Below, one piece after another: positions 50,401-59,920 of a DNA stretch of 64,000 bases. The first letter of the stretch is position 1, and each line of letters begins with the position of its first letter. The notes beneath the pieces are model-generated. The model was not told the DNA's origin, did not search any database, and saw only the letters and a program-made list of their open reading frames with translations. A program made the position numbers and the translations under genes. Source of the stretch: Phoronis australis (lineage: Eukaryota; Animalia; Phoronida); the NCBI GenBank assembly GCA_002633005.1, contig NMRA01000274.1, positions 477,143-541,142 on the forward strand, given 5' to 3'.

Positions 50401-52739
50401 TATCTACTACATGCTTGCGTGTTAAATGTGTCTTTTGAATTTCAGCATCATAGAAGTGTTAAAGGGAATCTCAATCTCCACATTTGGCAAACTGTTAGTC
50501 ATCCCTGCCATAATATGGGGTCAGAGTAGTAGTTCGGTCTACGTGTGGTTAACACGGCTGTTTGTCTTCACATCAAATGTGCAGGCTCTCAGAGGTAATT
50601 AATTTTTTTAAATTTCATTTATGGACAGCTTGACACATATTGAATTCCTCTTTGTAAATAAGTCGACTTATGTTAAACATACTCTTACCTTTACATTCAC
50701 GAATTTGGAAAACGATAAGTTTTGCCAATCAACAGATATCACTAGAATCTATTATATATAATGCATCGTTTGCACAAACTCCATCTCCCCCAATCCTCTA
50801 CAGACCTTCGTTGCACCCGTTTTGGCACCGCCTTGGTCCCAGGTATTGCACCGGCCCCCTATTAGGATTTGAGGTGTCCTATATTTTTCTCGCAGGCAGT
50901 TTTTTTGCGGACGCAGAGGGAGGATGGCTATACGTACTCGCCTTGGTGACGTCAGTCGGTCGGCTCAACGGCCTGGGTGACGTCACTCCGTCGGCTTAAT
51001 TTCACTCCCTCCGGCTTTTGTCGAGTATATAATTCATCGGGCTTGTCGCTGCCCAAATTAATGATGCCTCATTAAAATTGTTTACTCTTCCTTGAGTAAA
51101 CTAAATTATTGCCCCGGGTGTTGGAACACTGGCGTTCTTCAGTTATTCTGCTCCTAAAATTGCCACGCGCTCTTTGGGCGCCATTGCGTCACCTATTGGC
51201 CAATTTCCATGTTCTTCAATCAGCTGCGAGGTTGCGTACAGATCATAACAATCGGAAGTGGTTTCATTTCGTTACAAGTTTTTACTATTTTGATACCAGA
51301 AAACCCAATTTCAGAACAAACTCTTGAGAGATATCGCAAAGTGTTAGGAAATGGCGCATAGGCATACGTTCGCGTGTCACGAGTATGCATCGTTTTCAAA
51401 ACGACGTCACATTTTCCTTTGTTTACGTTTAATAGATTTTATACTTCTATGAACAGCTGTTACGGGCAAGTTGAATGTTACTGCAGGGTCAAATGTTCTG
51501 GAAAGAAATTTGTACTGCCTAGGGAAAGAATCCCGCAGCCGCACACCTTGCTTAATAATATCTGGCAGTGACAGAAGTTCTGCTTGAAGCTTTGAACACT
51601 CTCTCTTTAGTAATATTCCTGTCTCTTGCGATGACCACTCGCTTCACTCTATTTAATCTCGGCATTTCCCACTAGCTGTTACCCGTGCGAAAGCATGGGT
51701 AACGGCTAGTAATACTTATTTTGTAATTTTCAATTGTGTATTTGCCTTATTTTACTGTAGACTTTTTTTTAAAGTGGGCAGGGTTTCCGCCAAAACGTCA
51801 TTAGATTTGGCGATAGTTGAGTGAATTTTTGGGTGAACTAAATTTGATTAAATCCCTTTTACGAAGTTTTTAACTTGAGTGAAGCTTGGAGTATCTTTAA
51901 AATTTTGAATTTAACCTGATCTTTTACAGTCATTCATCCTTTGCCTCAGTTTTTGTTGCATTAAGGGTAATTTTTTCAGTCTTTATGTAGAGCCATTGTC
52001 AGTGTAGGAATAACTATGCATTTGTCAAGAATGAGCAAAGTGGCAAACTTTTTAATAAAAATGTTACTCATTTTTCTTTGGCAAAAGTGAAATTATGGGG
52101 CCTATTGTTGAGTAAGTTTCATGTACTTACAAGATCTCTTTGAGTACCGCTAAAGCGTGAACTGTGACTTGTGAGAGTGTATTTTATTGATTTCTGTACA
52201 ATCATATAAATACTCTAAATCCAATACTTTATCAGGTAAACATGTTTTTGCAATCTGCTTTTTCCCATATTTACTTGCAGTGCAGTGCTGTGGTAAAGTG
52301 TCTCTATAACTTTTGATGTTTGCTAACATGCTGTTTTATGAAAAGTGACTGAAATTTGGTCTTGCTCTCCCCATTACTATTTCTAATCCCAATTGAACAA
52401 AAGTGCTAAGCTTTTGAGAATATAAACATAACTGCTTGTTATTGAGATAATTTCTATTCAATATTTCTAGACTATGATTTGCTCATAATTCTTTAGCTAA
52501 ACCTTTATTTAACAATTGTGAAGTGGGGAACGTTAGACTAAATATTGTCCTAAGTTTTTAGTCACTTTCATGAAACGGACCCAAGACCATCATGTTTCTT
52601 TTTTAAAACCATTTTTGTGTTTGTGTTTGTCTTTGCAGTGTTATGTAGCCATCCACATCTTGTATGTATGGCTATGATTGGAATATGCTATGGAGTTCAG
52701 TATTCAACTTCAAACTTTATGAGAGATCTCATCACTTAA
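38401..52739 (+). CDS. ARV1: ARV1 (ER membrane sterol-homeostasis/GPI-synthesis factor), 229 aa; exons 38401-38490, 44902-45021, 47421-47574, 48602-48677, 50446-50594, 52639-52739
   Basis: Spliced translation: MGKYICTECGEDEDELYKDFKAGIIKICHC-RHCSKVIDKYIETDTMIILLDLILHKLQAYRHVLFNSKVK-FHIKFLLVLLVCETYNKW...YAALEWSFYKM...-ETLSFF...-IIEVLKGISISTFGKLLVIPAIIW...LFVFTSNVQALR-VLCSHPH...RDLIT*. It contains the Arv1 homology domain (two CxxC pairs, DKYIExD, QAYRH). All introns are GT-AG and the exons total 690 nt in frame. Confidence 0.95.
38530..39356. mobile_element. pogo/Tc1-like non-autonomous element in ARV1 intron 1
   Basis: Inverted ends ACCTAATTATCGGACG (38540) / CGTCCGATAATTAGGT (39331), plus a second inner pair GAACCTAAATATCGGACA / TGTCCGATATTTAGGTTC (39141). 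The right end reads CAGTC on the - strand. Confidence 0.75.
40021..40480 (-). mobile_element. Decayed Penelope-like element 3' end (GIY-YIG tail plus pLTR with hammerhead-like motif)
   Basis: The - strand encodes ...GIYIKTNKPTMNHDQ (GIY-YIG C-terminal motif), followed by TTGACAAA-[8-bp hairpin]-GAAACGTT. Confidence 0.6.
41401..43932 (-). CDS. Toll-like receptor A (843 aa, uninterrupted ORF, single cysteine cluster type), nested in ARV1 intron 1
   Basis: Signal peptide, LRRNT (CPAKCIC...VTC), about 20 LxxLxLxxN repeats, LRRCT (NPYICDCNLAWYVDW), TM helix (LLVILCGSGFGLFIVILAVIGLLY), and TIR (YDCFITYS, CIHERDFKPG, FWERL). Confidence 0.97.
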   Translation of the reverse strand: MKKSLLGLVTLLAILLQVISGLTGGNCPAKCICNPRRKHVTCDGRYHEKPLREIPPDIPTDTQYLSLDNSELKILRENSFANLTQLKFLFLRNSSISFIEENAFFGLTNIQTIDLSANNLRYFNNTFTGTFNGAENLKKLSLERTSLTRIPDQVLTKLKKLSVLDLDRNLITNSTLGEGFRNLRELKQLSICQNNLSSLTNNSFLMIRYLKLKQFHLLRSNISHIEVGTFAGLAHLEQLDLSENSLYMTKKSIDLMLQQLCQAPIRRLGFSRTNLKNITGTFLCFKQLTSLDISGNKFHTVEDNTFISQTRLVILNMMKNLKLTSFQPKALQGLTTLRVLLLNKCNILHLPIFANEKGNSFLPKIQSMDLTFNHITALDKVHQRSPFSGLEQLISLNLSHNSLQELSDDLLQPLLKIKFLHFDNNGIKNIGKRTFSGLKNIKSLTLSENPWKAKQVCYFANLRSLEHLILHGVYLRILNYFTHDGHFKPECMFEGLVKLKVLDLSYTNLKGLPERLFKDLTSLERLILRQNQLSGWNDVVLENLKNLRSLDVSMNQIRTINQSSLRPVLSTLNHFQAFSNPYICDCNLAWYVDWVRQMHDNKTFTLKISYTIPYKCSNLKHKSLLQYRPTFFECHHLLVILCGSGFGLFIVILAVIGLLYKHRWYIRYWIFLLRSRRSNHLEETDHLLYTYDCFITYSGDDSDLVTQQLLPKLENEFGYKMCIHERDFKPGRDISENIAESIEKSRKVLVVLTQNFVKSGWCKFEVNLAHANTLHNAQKARQSLIIILVEDVSFEHMTPILKFLIRKKTFLEWSDDTQGQRVFWERLKDAIQQRGQAPSLDED
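44438..44663. mobile_element. Short hAT-like MITE upstream of TLR-A; similar G-rich fragments at about 11700-11870 and 37440-37570
   Basis: Imperfect TIR CAGAGGCGGATCTA...TAGATCTGACACTG. Confidence 0.65.
45219..47519. repeat. About 1.15 kb direct duplication (45219-46369 / 46371-47519) joined by a single N; includes a truncated ARV1 exon 3 (46271-46369)
   Basis: Near-identical copies with scattered SNPs and a 2-bp indel, abutting exactly at N46370. Confidence 0.93.
45933..46232. mobile_element. Tc1/mariner-like MITE (same family as 14902-15207) just upstream of ARV1 exon 3
   Basis: Reverse-complement homology to 14902-15207, including the doubled terminal GACAAAAGTAATC motif. Confidence 0.75.
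48129..48264. repeat. 33-bp tandem repeat x 4 (CTGAATTGTAATATTCTTATATTTATAATGTAT)
   Basis: Direct reading; one substitution among the copies. Confidence 0.95.
50748..51709 (+). mobile_element. Non-autonomous Helitron (962 bp) in ARV1 intron 5
   Basis: 5' end A|TCTATTATATATAAT. 3' end has the hairpin GCTGTTACCCGTGC-GAAA-GCATGGGTAACGGC running into CTAG|T. Inserted between A and T with no TSD; CpG-rich interior. Confidence 0.88.
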
Positions 52740-54500
52740 CGGTTAGCTCCTCTAGTCAACTGCGTTCATTCTCTGAGCAAGGCGAGCATCCTGCATCATT
52801 GATGTGTTTATTGGATTTGTTTGAGGACGAATGAATGCCGCCGCTTCGAAGTAAAACTACAGTGCAATTTAAATTCTGTGGCGTACACCCACTCCGTTGC
52901 ACATCCATCAGACACTTTTTCGAAATTGTCTTCGTGCTTCTCAGGTGACCCACAATTTTGCGTCGGATTTCTTTCTATAGTTCACCCTCCAGTGCCTTTG
53001 CGTTGATACTGCTTCACAGAACATTACCATGACGACACTTGAAGATTTGAACAGTTCTGTCAATATCATTGGAAGTGCAGTGTGGATTTCCTCATTTGTC
53101 CTGTTCAATTCAAAAATTCCCAGCATTTCAGAAACTATGTTAATTTTAGATGAAGACAAGCTCAATTCAGGATAGCGCTATTAAAATCGGTGATTGCGTT
53201 CTGTTTCGTGCAAAGTGACTTGATACACGAGTCAGAAATCCTGTCTTTTGCTACACACAACTATTTCTGAAAAAAGCAAAATTATTTGGTCTCTGAGAAT
53301 ACTCCCATAACTGCTCATTACTAAGATAGTTTGTATGAATTATGACTCTACTGTGATGAGCTTGTGGTTTCATGGCTAAACTTTCACTTTGTAACAATGG
53401 GAGCGCAAGACCAAACTTCTGACTCCGGTCTTACATCACTTTTCATGGTCAGACCCCTCGGGCCTGTTTCTGGAAGAGTCTATTGACTTTTGACCTTCAG
53501 CTAAATAGTCTATGGATTGATCTGTTTTACTAGCTAAAGGTAAAAGTCAGAAAATCCATCTACAACTCCAAGTTAAAAATAGAAATCCATAGTCTGCTCT
53601 ACTAGACAGAAGGCAAATGTTTATTGAAAGAAAAAAGATCAACATTTGGCTGTTAGTAGTCAGATTTCTGACTTATGACCAATAGTCTCTTGGAGAAATA
53701 TGACTATGGAGTTTCCTTACAATTCCATGGCTCCAGTGGGAAATTTAGTGACACAGTAAACTCTCAATTTACCTCACCAGATGGCAGACATGTGGAATAT
53801 TGATGTCAAATTTCTCAGACAATAAATGCTGCAAAAATTACTTAACTTTATCATTTGCAATATTTATACTGAACTGCTATGATCATAGAGCAAAACTTTG
53901 ATATTAGAGATTTAAAACTGTGATCAAATCAGCCTTAGTTTGAAAAATGAAAACATTGCTATTTTGTGAATAATTTTCATGCGACAGATAGTTTACCATC
54001 TTCCAATTTGGCTATAATAACTTATTGAAGTTTTTCTGGTGTTTGGAACTGTGTATTGCACCATTTTATGGTGGTCCAGCGTATTGAGAGGAATCAAGTA
54101 GCCCTGGACAGATCGTGGTGTCAGCACTTGTTTATGGCTGATTATTGGTGATCACTAAGCTTACAAAGCAACCATTTTGAATAGCCATTTTCCAATATAG
54201 CAGTGACATGTAGAAACATGTTTTGTCACTAGATGGCGATAGATTAGTTGGTGGACTAGGTTCTGTAGTCTTTTATGGAATTAAACCATAGTAATATTTC
54301 CCATTTTGTTGGAAAGTTTTTGCGACCATCATGCGTCAATTGCCACTGCTGTGTTGGGCTCTTCAAGTGCGTAATGAAAAGTTGCTGAGATGAAATCTTA
54401 GTTATTTCATGGACTATAAACTGGACACACTGATGTGACAAGGCTGTAGAACACTCAGATTGGAAATTAATAATGTTGATACTATTCAATCAGATCAACC

Positions 54501-54910
54501 ATCGGGGAGGATATCTATTCCTTATGTAGAAAGACTTTCTGAACAATTCCGATCTGTGTTCAGGACATTTGATAATCACCATGTCTTTCAAACCTGTTGG
54601 CACTGTGAGACAAAAACTCGTGCATCCTTGGGACAAACTACCCAAGTAAAAATAGTTAATGTGGTCTATGGATTACAGTGAGGAGAGTGCCCTGAAACTT
54701 ATGTAGGTAAAACTAAGCTGTCCTTTAAATCACAGTTGTTCCAACATCGTCAGACTCTATCGTTTTCACCCACTGTAAGGGATCTGGTCACAGCTTTGAC
54801 CTTGACAATGTACTAATCCTTGAGGAGAAAAATTTGTTTGAACGAGGAGTCAAGGAGTGTATATATGAAAGAATTGAACTAAAAATCCATCTTTTAACCG
54901 AAGAGGAGGC
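54501..54910 (+). pseudogene. Penelope-like GIY-YIG endonuclease relic (second copy at about 59310-59720)
   Basis: Stop- and frameshift-ridden translation ISIPYVERLSEQF...FKPVGTVRQKLVHP...NVVYG.Q*GECPETYVGKTK...QHR...HCKGSGHSFDLDNVLILE...ERGVKE.IY...PSFNRRGG, which is the canonical PLE C-terminus. Confidence 0.85.
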
Positions 54911-55111
54911 TATCACAATAAAAATAATATACTTTTAATTAGGTATTTGTAACAGAGTTTGAAAAATTAACTTGCACTAAATAACAACTGACATTTTCTT
55001 TATTTTGTATACAATTATGTACAAGGTGGCTATGCCCGTGTGGATGCATCCCTTAAAATTGCCACAACGAATGTTCTGGTGGCATACATCTTGGTCATGT
55101 CAATCTTTGTG

Positions 55112-55528
55112 TTAACTTGGAGCCTGGCCATACTGTTGAATGGCATTTTTAAGCCTTTCCCAGAATAAGGTTTGTCCTTGCGCATCATTGGTCCATTCCA
55201 AGAACGTCTTTTTCCGCATAAGGAATCTAAGAATCGGAGTCATGTGTTCAAAGCTGACATCCTCAACAAGTATTATAATCAGTGATTGTCTTGCCTTTTG
55301 AGCATTATGCAGTGCATTAGCATGGGCGAGATTAACTTCAAATTTACACCACTCGCTCTGGACAAAGTTCTGCGTGAGCACGACTAAAACTTTTCTACTT
55401 TTTTCTATGCTCTCTGCTATGTTCTCAGAGATTTCACGGCCCAGTTTGAAGTCTCGCTCATGGACGCACATCTTGTAGCCAAATTCGTTCTCGAGTTTGG
55501 GCAAAAGCTGTTGTGTGACCAGATTACT
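55112..55528 (-). other. Partial second copy of the TLR-B TIR domain, truncated at assembly gap N55529 (probable allelic copy)
   Basis: Protein sequence identical to the TLR-B C-terminus (SNLVTQQ...QQYGQAPS*) with a few synonymous differences. Homology ends exactly at the N. The N-terminal part of the track ORF (55530-55663) is unrelated sequence. Confidence 0.88.
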
Positions 55529-55529
55529 N

Positions 55530-56593
55530 CTACACACTCTAAAACTTACTGAAGTTCTTATGGTGAATTTTTCGCTTAAAACGTTAAAACAACTAAAGAG
55601 ATGGTAGATGGGTCGTGGAATAACTGTAAATGGACGAAGAAAATGTGAACTTATGTTGTGCAAAGCTGTGAACGGACTGAAATTGGAACTTAACCCGCTC
55701 TAGGCCTGAATGGCGCAGGCCATACAAGGGTGATAGTGTATCCCCATAAAAAGATATTCACTTCAAAATACAGGAAATAAAATCAAATGAAACATGCATA
55801 TGTGCACATGAAGTTATAATTAACACATACCCTGACTCTGGACACAATTTAGTCTACAAATAACTTGAGCATATTCATGAAAACCTCGCGGTTCTCTCGA
55901 GTTTCTCTCACTAGCTGCCATTTTAAGGAAGTTACGTGAAATCACGCCTGTTGACGAACAAAAAGTCCAAGGGACACAAATCTTACAAATTTCACTTGAC
56001 ATTTTTTCATGCTATTTTGCAAGTGTCACGCGCCAGATCTCGCGCTTCGCTCAGTCTCGCGCTAGCCTTTGCCTCATACTCACCTGACTCAGTTGAAATA
56101 TTTGATTGTGGTTATCGCGCGCGCGGACAAAGTTAACAGTAACCACAAAGTGGAGTTGGAATTCTTCGCTAAAGTCACCTGAATTCCCGTATATATGCTT
56201 CATCGAAGATATGTTTAGAAGCAGAAAGAGTCACTGAAGAAAGTAAGAGCCTTTTAGGTGGTAATTTTAGGTGTAGAATGTATTTTTGACGAGGTGAAAA
56301 CTTTATCAGTAAGCGGATTTCGCCTACCGCCCGTTCAAAATACACGGGACGAAATTATTACAGAACGCAATAGAAGGTATTGTAGTGCGAATCTGAAGTT
56401 CATTTGCCATAACAGCAATGCTTTTTGGACATTTTTCGAACTAAACGGCTAAAAACTCGAAGACAATAACAGAATACACTCTGCTAACGTATTGGGCAAA
56501 TAGTCAAACGACAAGCTTTTGCCCCATTTCCCGTGACGTCACAGTTAAGTCTCACATAATCTCGCGTTATTGTTATAAACTCGCAAAAGGCCT
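55530..56593. mobile_element. Right part of a CpG-rich DNA element present in only one of the two duplicated copies
   Basis: Ends ...CGCAAAAGGCCT|ATTGTGTA where the other copy has the empty site TTTTCA|ATTGTGTA (51733). The left end is lost in the gap. Confidence 0.65.
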
Positions 56594-59500
56594 ATTGTGT
56601 ATTTGCCTTATTTCACTGTAGACTTTTTATTTGTTTTTAAAAGTGGGCAGGGTTTCCGCCAAAACGTCATTAGATTTGGCGATAGTTGAGTGAATTTTGG
56701 GTGAACTAACTGTGATTAAAATCCATTTTACGAAGCTTTTAACTTGAATGAAGCTTGGAGTATCTTTAAAATTTTGAATTTTAACCTGATCTTTTGCAGT
56801 CATTCATCCTTTGCCTCAGTTTTTGTTGCATTTAATTTTTTCAGTCTTTATGTAGAGCCATTGTCGGTGTAGGAATAACTATGCATTTGTCAAGAATGAG
56901 CAAAGTGGCAAACTTTTTAATAAAAATGTTAATCATTTTTCTTTGGTAAAAGGGAAATTATGGGGCATATTGTCGAGTGAGTTTTATGTACTTACAAGAT
57001 CTCAGTGAGTACCGCTAAAGCGTGAACTGTGACTTGTGAGTGTATTTTATTGATTTCTGTACATATAAATGCTCTAAATCCAATACTTTATCAGGTAAAC
57101 ATGTTTTTGCAATCTGCTTTTTCCCATATTTGCAGTGCAGTGCTGTGATGAAGTGTCTCTATAACTTTTGATGTTTGTTATATGCTACTTGCTGTTTTAT
57201 GAAAAGTGACTGAAATTCGGTCTTGCTCTCCCCATTACTATTTCTAATCCCAATTGAGCAAAAGTGCTAAGCTTCTGAGAATATAAACATAACTGCTAGT
57301 TATTGAGATAATTTTTATTCAATATTTCTAGACTATGATTTGCTCATAATTCTTTAGCTAAACCTTTATTGTGAAGTGGGGAACGTAAGACTAAATTTTG
57401 TCCTAAGTTTTTAGTCACTTTCATGAAACGGACCCAAGACGATCATGTTTCTTTTTTAAAACGTTTTTGTGTTTGCGTTTGTCTTTGCAGTGTTATGTAG
57501 CCATCCACATCTTGTATGTATGGCTATGATTGGAATATGCTATGGAGTTCAGTATTCAACCTCAAACTTTATGAGAGATCTCATCACTTAACGGTTAGCT
57601 CCACTAGTCAACTTCGTTCATTCTCTGAGCAAGGCGAGCATCCTGCATCATTGATGTGTTTATTGGATTTGTTTGAGGACGAATGAATGCCGCCGCTTCG
57701 AAGTAAAACTACAGTGCAATTTAAATTCTGTGGTGTACACCCACTCTGTTGCACATCCATCAGACTCTTTTTCGAAATTGTCTTCGTGCTTCTCAGGTGA
57801 CCCACAATTTTGCGTCGGATTTCTTTCTATAGTTGACCCTCCAGTGCCTTTGCATTGATACTGCTTCACAGAGCATTACCATGACGACACTTGAAGATTT
57901 GAACAGTTCTGTGAATATCATTGGAAGTGCAGTGTTCAATTCAAAAGTTCCCAGCATTTCAGAACCTATGTTAATTTTAGATGAAGACAAGCGCTATTGA
58001 AATCAGTGCTTGCGTTCTGTTTCACGAAAAGTGACTTGATACACGAGTCAGAAATCCCGTCTTTTGCTACACACAACTATTTCTGAAAAAAGCAAAATTG
58101 TTAGGTCTCTGAGAATACTCCCATAACTGCTCATTACTAAAATAGTTTGAATGAATTATTTCTAGACTTTGATGAGCTTATGGTTTCATGGCTAAACCTT
58201 CATTCTGTAACAATGGAAGCATAAGACCAAACTTCTGACTCCGGTCTTACATCACTTTTCATGGTCAGACCCCTCGGGCTTGTTTCTGGAAGAGTCTATT
58301 GATTTTTGACCTTCAGCTAAATAGTTTATGGACTGGTCTGTTGTACTAGCTAGAGGTAAAAGTCAGAAAATCCGTCTACAACTCCAAGTTAAAAATAGAA
58401 ATCTATAGTCTGCTCTACTAGACAGAAGGCAAACGTTTATTGAAAGAAAAAAAATCAACATTTGGCTGTTAGTAGTCAGATTTCTGACTTATGACCAATA
58501 GTCTCTTGGAGAAATATGACTATGGAGTTTCCTTACAATTCCATGGCTCCAGTGGGAAATTTAGTGACACAGTAAACTCTCAATTTACCTCACCAGATGG
58601 CAGACATGTGGAATATTATTATGTCAAATTTCTCAGACAATAAATGCTGCAAAAATTACTTAACTTTATCATTTGCAATATTTATACTGAACTGCTATCA
58701 TAGAGCAAAACTTTGATATTAGAGATTTAAAACTGTGATCAAATCAGCCTTAGTTTGAAAAATGAAAACATTGCTATTTTGTGAATAATTTTCATGCGAC
58801 AGATAGTTTACCATCTTCCAATTTGGCCGCATAATAACTTATTGAAGTTTTTCTGGTGTTTGGAACTGTGTATTGCACCATTTTATGGTGGTCCAGCGTA
58901 TTGAGAGGAATCAAGTAGCCCTGGACAGATCGTGGTGTCAGCGCTTGTTTATGGCTGATTATTGGTGATCACTAAGCTTACAAAGCAACCATTTCGCCAT
59001 TTTCCAATATAGCAGTGACATGTAGAAACATGTTTTGTCACTAGATGGCGATAGATTAGTTGGTGGACTGGGTTCTGCAGTCTTTTATGGAATTAAACCA
59101 TAGTGATATTTCTCATTTTGTTGGAATTTTTTTGCGACCATCATGCGTCATTTGCCACTGCTGTGTTGGGCTCTTCAAGTGCATAATGAAAAGTTGCTGA
59201 GATGAAATCTTAGTTATTTCATGGACTATAAACTGGACACACTAATGTGACAAGGCTGTAGAACACCCAGATTGGAAATTAATAATGTTGATACTACTCA
59301 ATCAGATCAACCATCGGGGAGGATATCTATTCCTTATGTAGAAAGACTTTCTGAACAATTCCGATTTGTGTTCAGGACATTTGATATCACCACGTCTTTC
59401 AAACCTGTTGGCACTGTGAGACAAAAACTCGTGCATCCTTAGGACAAACTACCCAAGTAAAAATAGTTAATGTGGTCTATGGAATACAGTGAGGAGAGTG

Positions 59501-59920
59501 CCCTGAAACTTATGTAGGTAAAACTAAGCTGTCCTTTAAATCACGGTTGTTCCAACATCGTCTGACTACCGTTTTTACCCACTGTAAGGGATCTGGTCAC
59601 AGCTTTGACCTTGACAATGTACTAATCCTTGAGGAGAAAAATTTTTTTGAACGAGGAGTCAAGGAGTGTATATATGAAAGAATTGAACTAAAAATCCATC
59701 TTTTAACCGAAGAGGAGGCTATCACAATAAAAATAATATACTTTTTATTAGGTATTTGTAGCAGAGTTTGAAAAATTAAATTGCACTAAATAACAACTGA
59801 CATTTTCTTTATTTTGTATACAATTATGTACAAGGTGGCTGTGCCCGTGTGGATGCATCCCTTAAAATTGCCACAACGAATGTTCTGGTGGCATACATCT
59901 TGGTCATGTCAATCTTTATG

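Noticed and set aside
52756-53165. Minus-strand ORFs kept in both duplicated copies (also 57608-57990)
   Set aside because: The conservation reflects allelic duplication. No domain was recognised, and the region is most likely the ARV1 3' UTR.
55112-55663. 183-aa ORF as a TIR-only adaptor protein
   Set aside because: Chimera across N55529: the TIR equals TLR-B and the N-terminal part is unrelated transposon-like DNA.
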